Below the pieces are notes generated by a model that did no database searches, was not told the origin of the DNA, and saw only the letters and a list, made by a program, of their open reading frames with translations. DNA of 63,768 bases, filler included, from Octopus bimaculoides (taxonomy: Eukaryota), in assembly GCF_001194135.2 (NCBI RefSeq). It is 4 parts of 4 records of this genome, joined end to end, with 100 filler letters (N's around TTAATTAATTAA, not from the genome) between each part and the next. Parts side by side here need not be neighbours in the genome. Positions count along the whole stretch, not along the records: positions 59,707 to 63,768 come from NC_068991.1; 3 more parts are not named here. The stretch is one strand, 5' to 3'. Shown in pieces: positions 61,546-63,768 of this stretch (positions within the stretch are counted from its first letter, which is position 1; each line of letters opens with the position of its first letter). Made by a program: the position numbers and the translations under genes.

Positions 61546-62769
61546 AAATAATACTGATGTCGCATCAATAACTGATGCGCCATGAGTGTCCCCCGGTTGG
61601 GGTAGGGATTTGGAACTCTGCTGTAAACCTTACTAGGCTATTGCATATTAGCACAGATCAGCAGATCATCATTACTCCCGAGTATTTTGGTTGGTGCAGT
61701 AATGCTTTAATTATTCGCCCTTTCCTTGCTCTCTCTCTCTCACACACACTCACAGACACACACACATGCACGCATACACACACACACGCACATACACACA
61801 CATGCACTCACACACATACACTCACAGACGTGCGTGCTTGATGCCTGAACACTAACAACAACTGCGAAAGAAACAACAGCAACTATAAAAACAGCAACAA
61901 CAACAACAAGAATAGCAACTGTATGTGATGTTAATGGCTCGGTAAAGGAATGTCTGTGACTATATAGATAAAGTGAAGGTTCTTCTTCGTTTTGGTAGCA
62001 CGATCATGGCTGTAACGCTTCGGTCAACTGCTATCTATTACGCCCATGTTTTTCCAAAATGTCGGCTTTCAAATAATTTTGTCAGACGGCGTTATTAAAA
62101 CATGGCAGATATCTCGCTTCAGACACGGTTGTTTTTTTTTTTCTTTTTAATATTCTTTTAGCTTTTTCTTTCTATCTTTCTTTCTGTTTATTTGTTTGTT
62201 TCATAAAAGCAAAACACAAACAACGTCAACAACAACAACAACAACAACAACAGCAGTAATAACAACAACAACAACAGCAACTACAAAATTGAACATGATG
62301 ACAACATTTTTAATTAAAAGGAGTGGAAGGGGGAAGAGCAAGAAACAAACAAAAAGAAACAAAGCAAAAACAAAAAAAAAAGATAATGATAATAATAATA
62401 ATAATAATAATAGTAATAATAATAATAGTAATAAATTAAAAAATAATATTTATATAATCGATAAATACCAATTAGTTTATGTTAAACTTATGTTAATTTT
62501 ACAAATAAATTACACGCTCTCAATAATGTGTACCTGTTGTTTTTGCTGTGTTTTTTGAAATTATGCTTATTTTTGTTCTTTTTTATTTAACCTAGAGTTG
62601 TTTGTTCTAGTTAGTGGAGTTTGTATTATTATTTTATTATTTTTTTTGGCATTTTGTTGCTTTTCTTCCGTATTCTTTTTTCTGTTTTATTTTATTTTAT
62701 TTTATTTTATTTTCAAGAAAAAAATATTTCTAAAATTCCTATCTGTCTGTTGCATATGACGTGTTTGAT

Positions 62770-62863
62770 ATACTTCTCTCCTCGTTTCTCTTTTAACCTT
62801 TCTCTTTCTCTTTCTTTTCACCATTCTCTCTTTCTATTTCCTTCACACACCCATCTCTCTCTC

Positions 62864-62905
<42 letters not shown>

Positions 62906-63028
62906 ACTCCCTTTAGTACATTCTCCATTCTCTCTACTTCTCTCCCAAATATATTTAATGTTTCCTATATCTTATATTTAACACACATATATTTCTGCAT
63001 ATCTCTTTCTCTTCTTCACACTATCTCA

Positions 63029-63066
<38 letters not shown>

Positions 63067-63067
63067 A

Positions 63068-63112
<45 letters not shown>

Positions 63113-63118
63113 CTCACT

Positions 63119-63170
<52 letters not shown>

Positions 63171-63708
63171 GTCTCTCTGTCACACACACACACTTTAACA
63201 CATCCTCTCTAACTCTCTCCCAAATAAACTTAATCTTTCTTATGTCTTACATTCAACCCACACATATTTCTGAATCTCTCTCACTCTTTCTCAGTCTGCC
63301 TCTCTCCCTGTCTCTCTCTCACACAATCCCTCTCACACAATCCCTCTCACACAATCCCTCGCACTCCCTCCCTCTCTCACTGTCTTTTTATTTCTCCCCC
63401 CTATACACACGGATGCCTCAAACTCACAGCTATTTTGCTTACTCACTACTCTACTCTGACGCGTTGCCTCCATATCTTGCTCTGTCGCTTTCTCGATCTC
63501 TCCAACACTCAATGTTTATCTCACCTTTGTGCTTTCAACCCATCAACCAACACCCACACTCATTCGCCCACTCACGCGCGCGCGCAAACACACGTGCATA
63601 CCTCATGCATATATACATACATAAGCACATTTTACTAACCTTTTTTTTTCATATTAATTTTCCTTATGTTAGTAAATCGTCCACTCCTTCCTTTATGCTG
63701 CCATCTAC

Positions 63709-63768
<60 letters not shown>
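62770..63768. repeat. Compound (CT)n, (CTGT)n, (CTAT)n, (CA)n microsatellite region
   Basis: Directly visible. Confidence 0.93.

Overview
AT-rich, microsatellite-dense, N-gapped eukaryotic draft sequence. The SINE families and repeat landscape look like an octopus genome (probably Octopus bimaculoides); this is inference from recognised repeats, not a search. I find no convincing host protein-coding gene, true tRNA/rRNA gene, CRISPR array or operon, and most ORFs in the track are microsatellite or N-gap artefacts. The window is a transposon graveyard. Retroelements: at least three tRNA-derived SINE families (over 20 copies), two L1/Tx1-like fragments, RTE, CR1/Jockey-type and R4/Dong LINE remnants, and three or four Penelope-like elements (PLEs) of different types. 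DNA elements: a nearly full-length DD37D maT transposon, a DD34E Tc1, hAT, Chapaev3-like, mariner and Tigger-like MITEs, two Helitrons and two families of long palindromes. The most interesting signals are non-coding. (1) A Poseidon-type PLE whose 3' UTR carries a tRNA-like Pol III promoter followed by a hammerhead ribozyme, a module that also occurs on its own. (2) Several minimal hammerhead ribozymes, including a U6 core variant seen in two copies. (3) An hsp70-like heat-shock-element/TATA promoter in front of a Chapaev3 transposase. (4) A palindromic repeat whose axis is a perfect four-unit heat-shock element. Boundaries of decayed elements are approximate.
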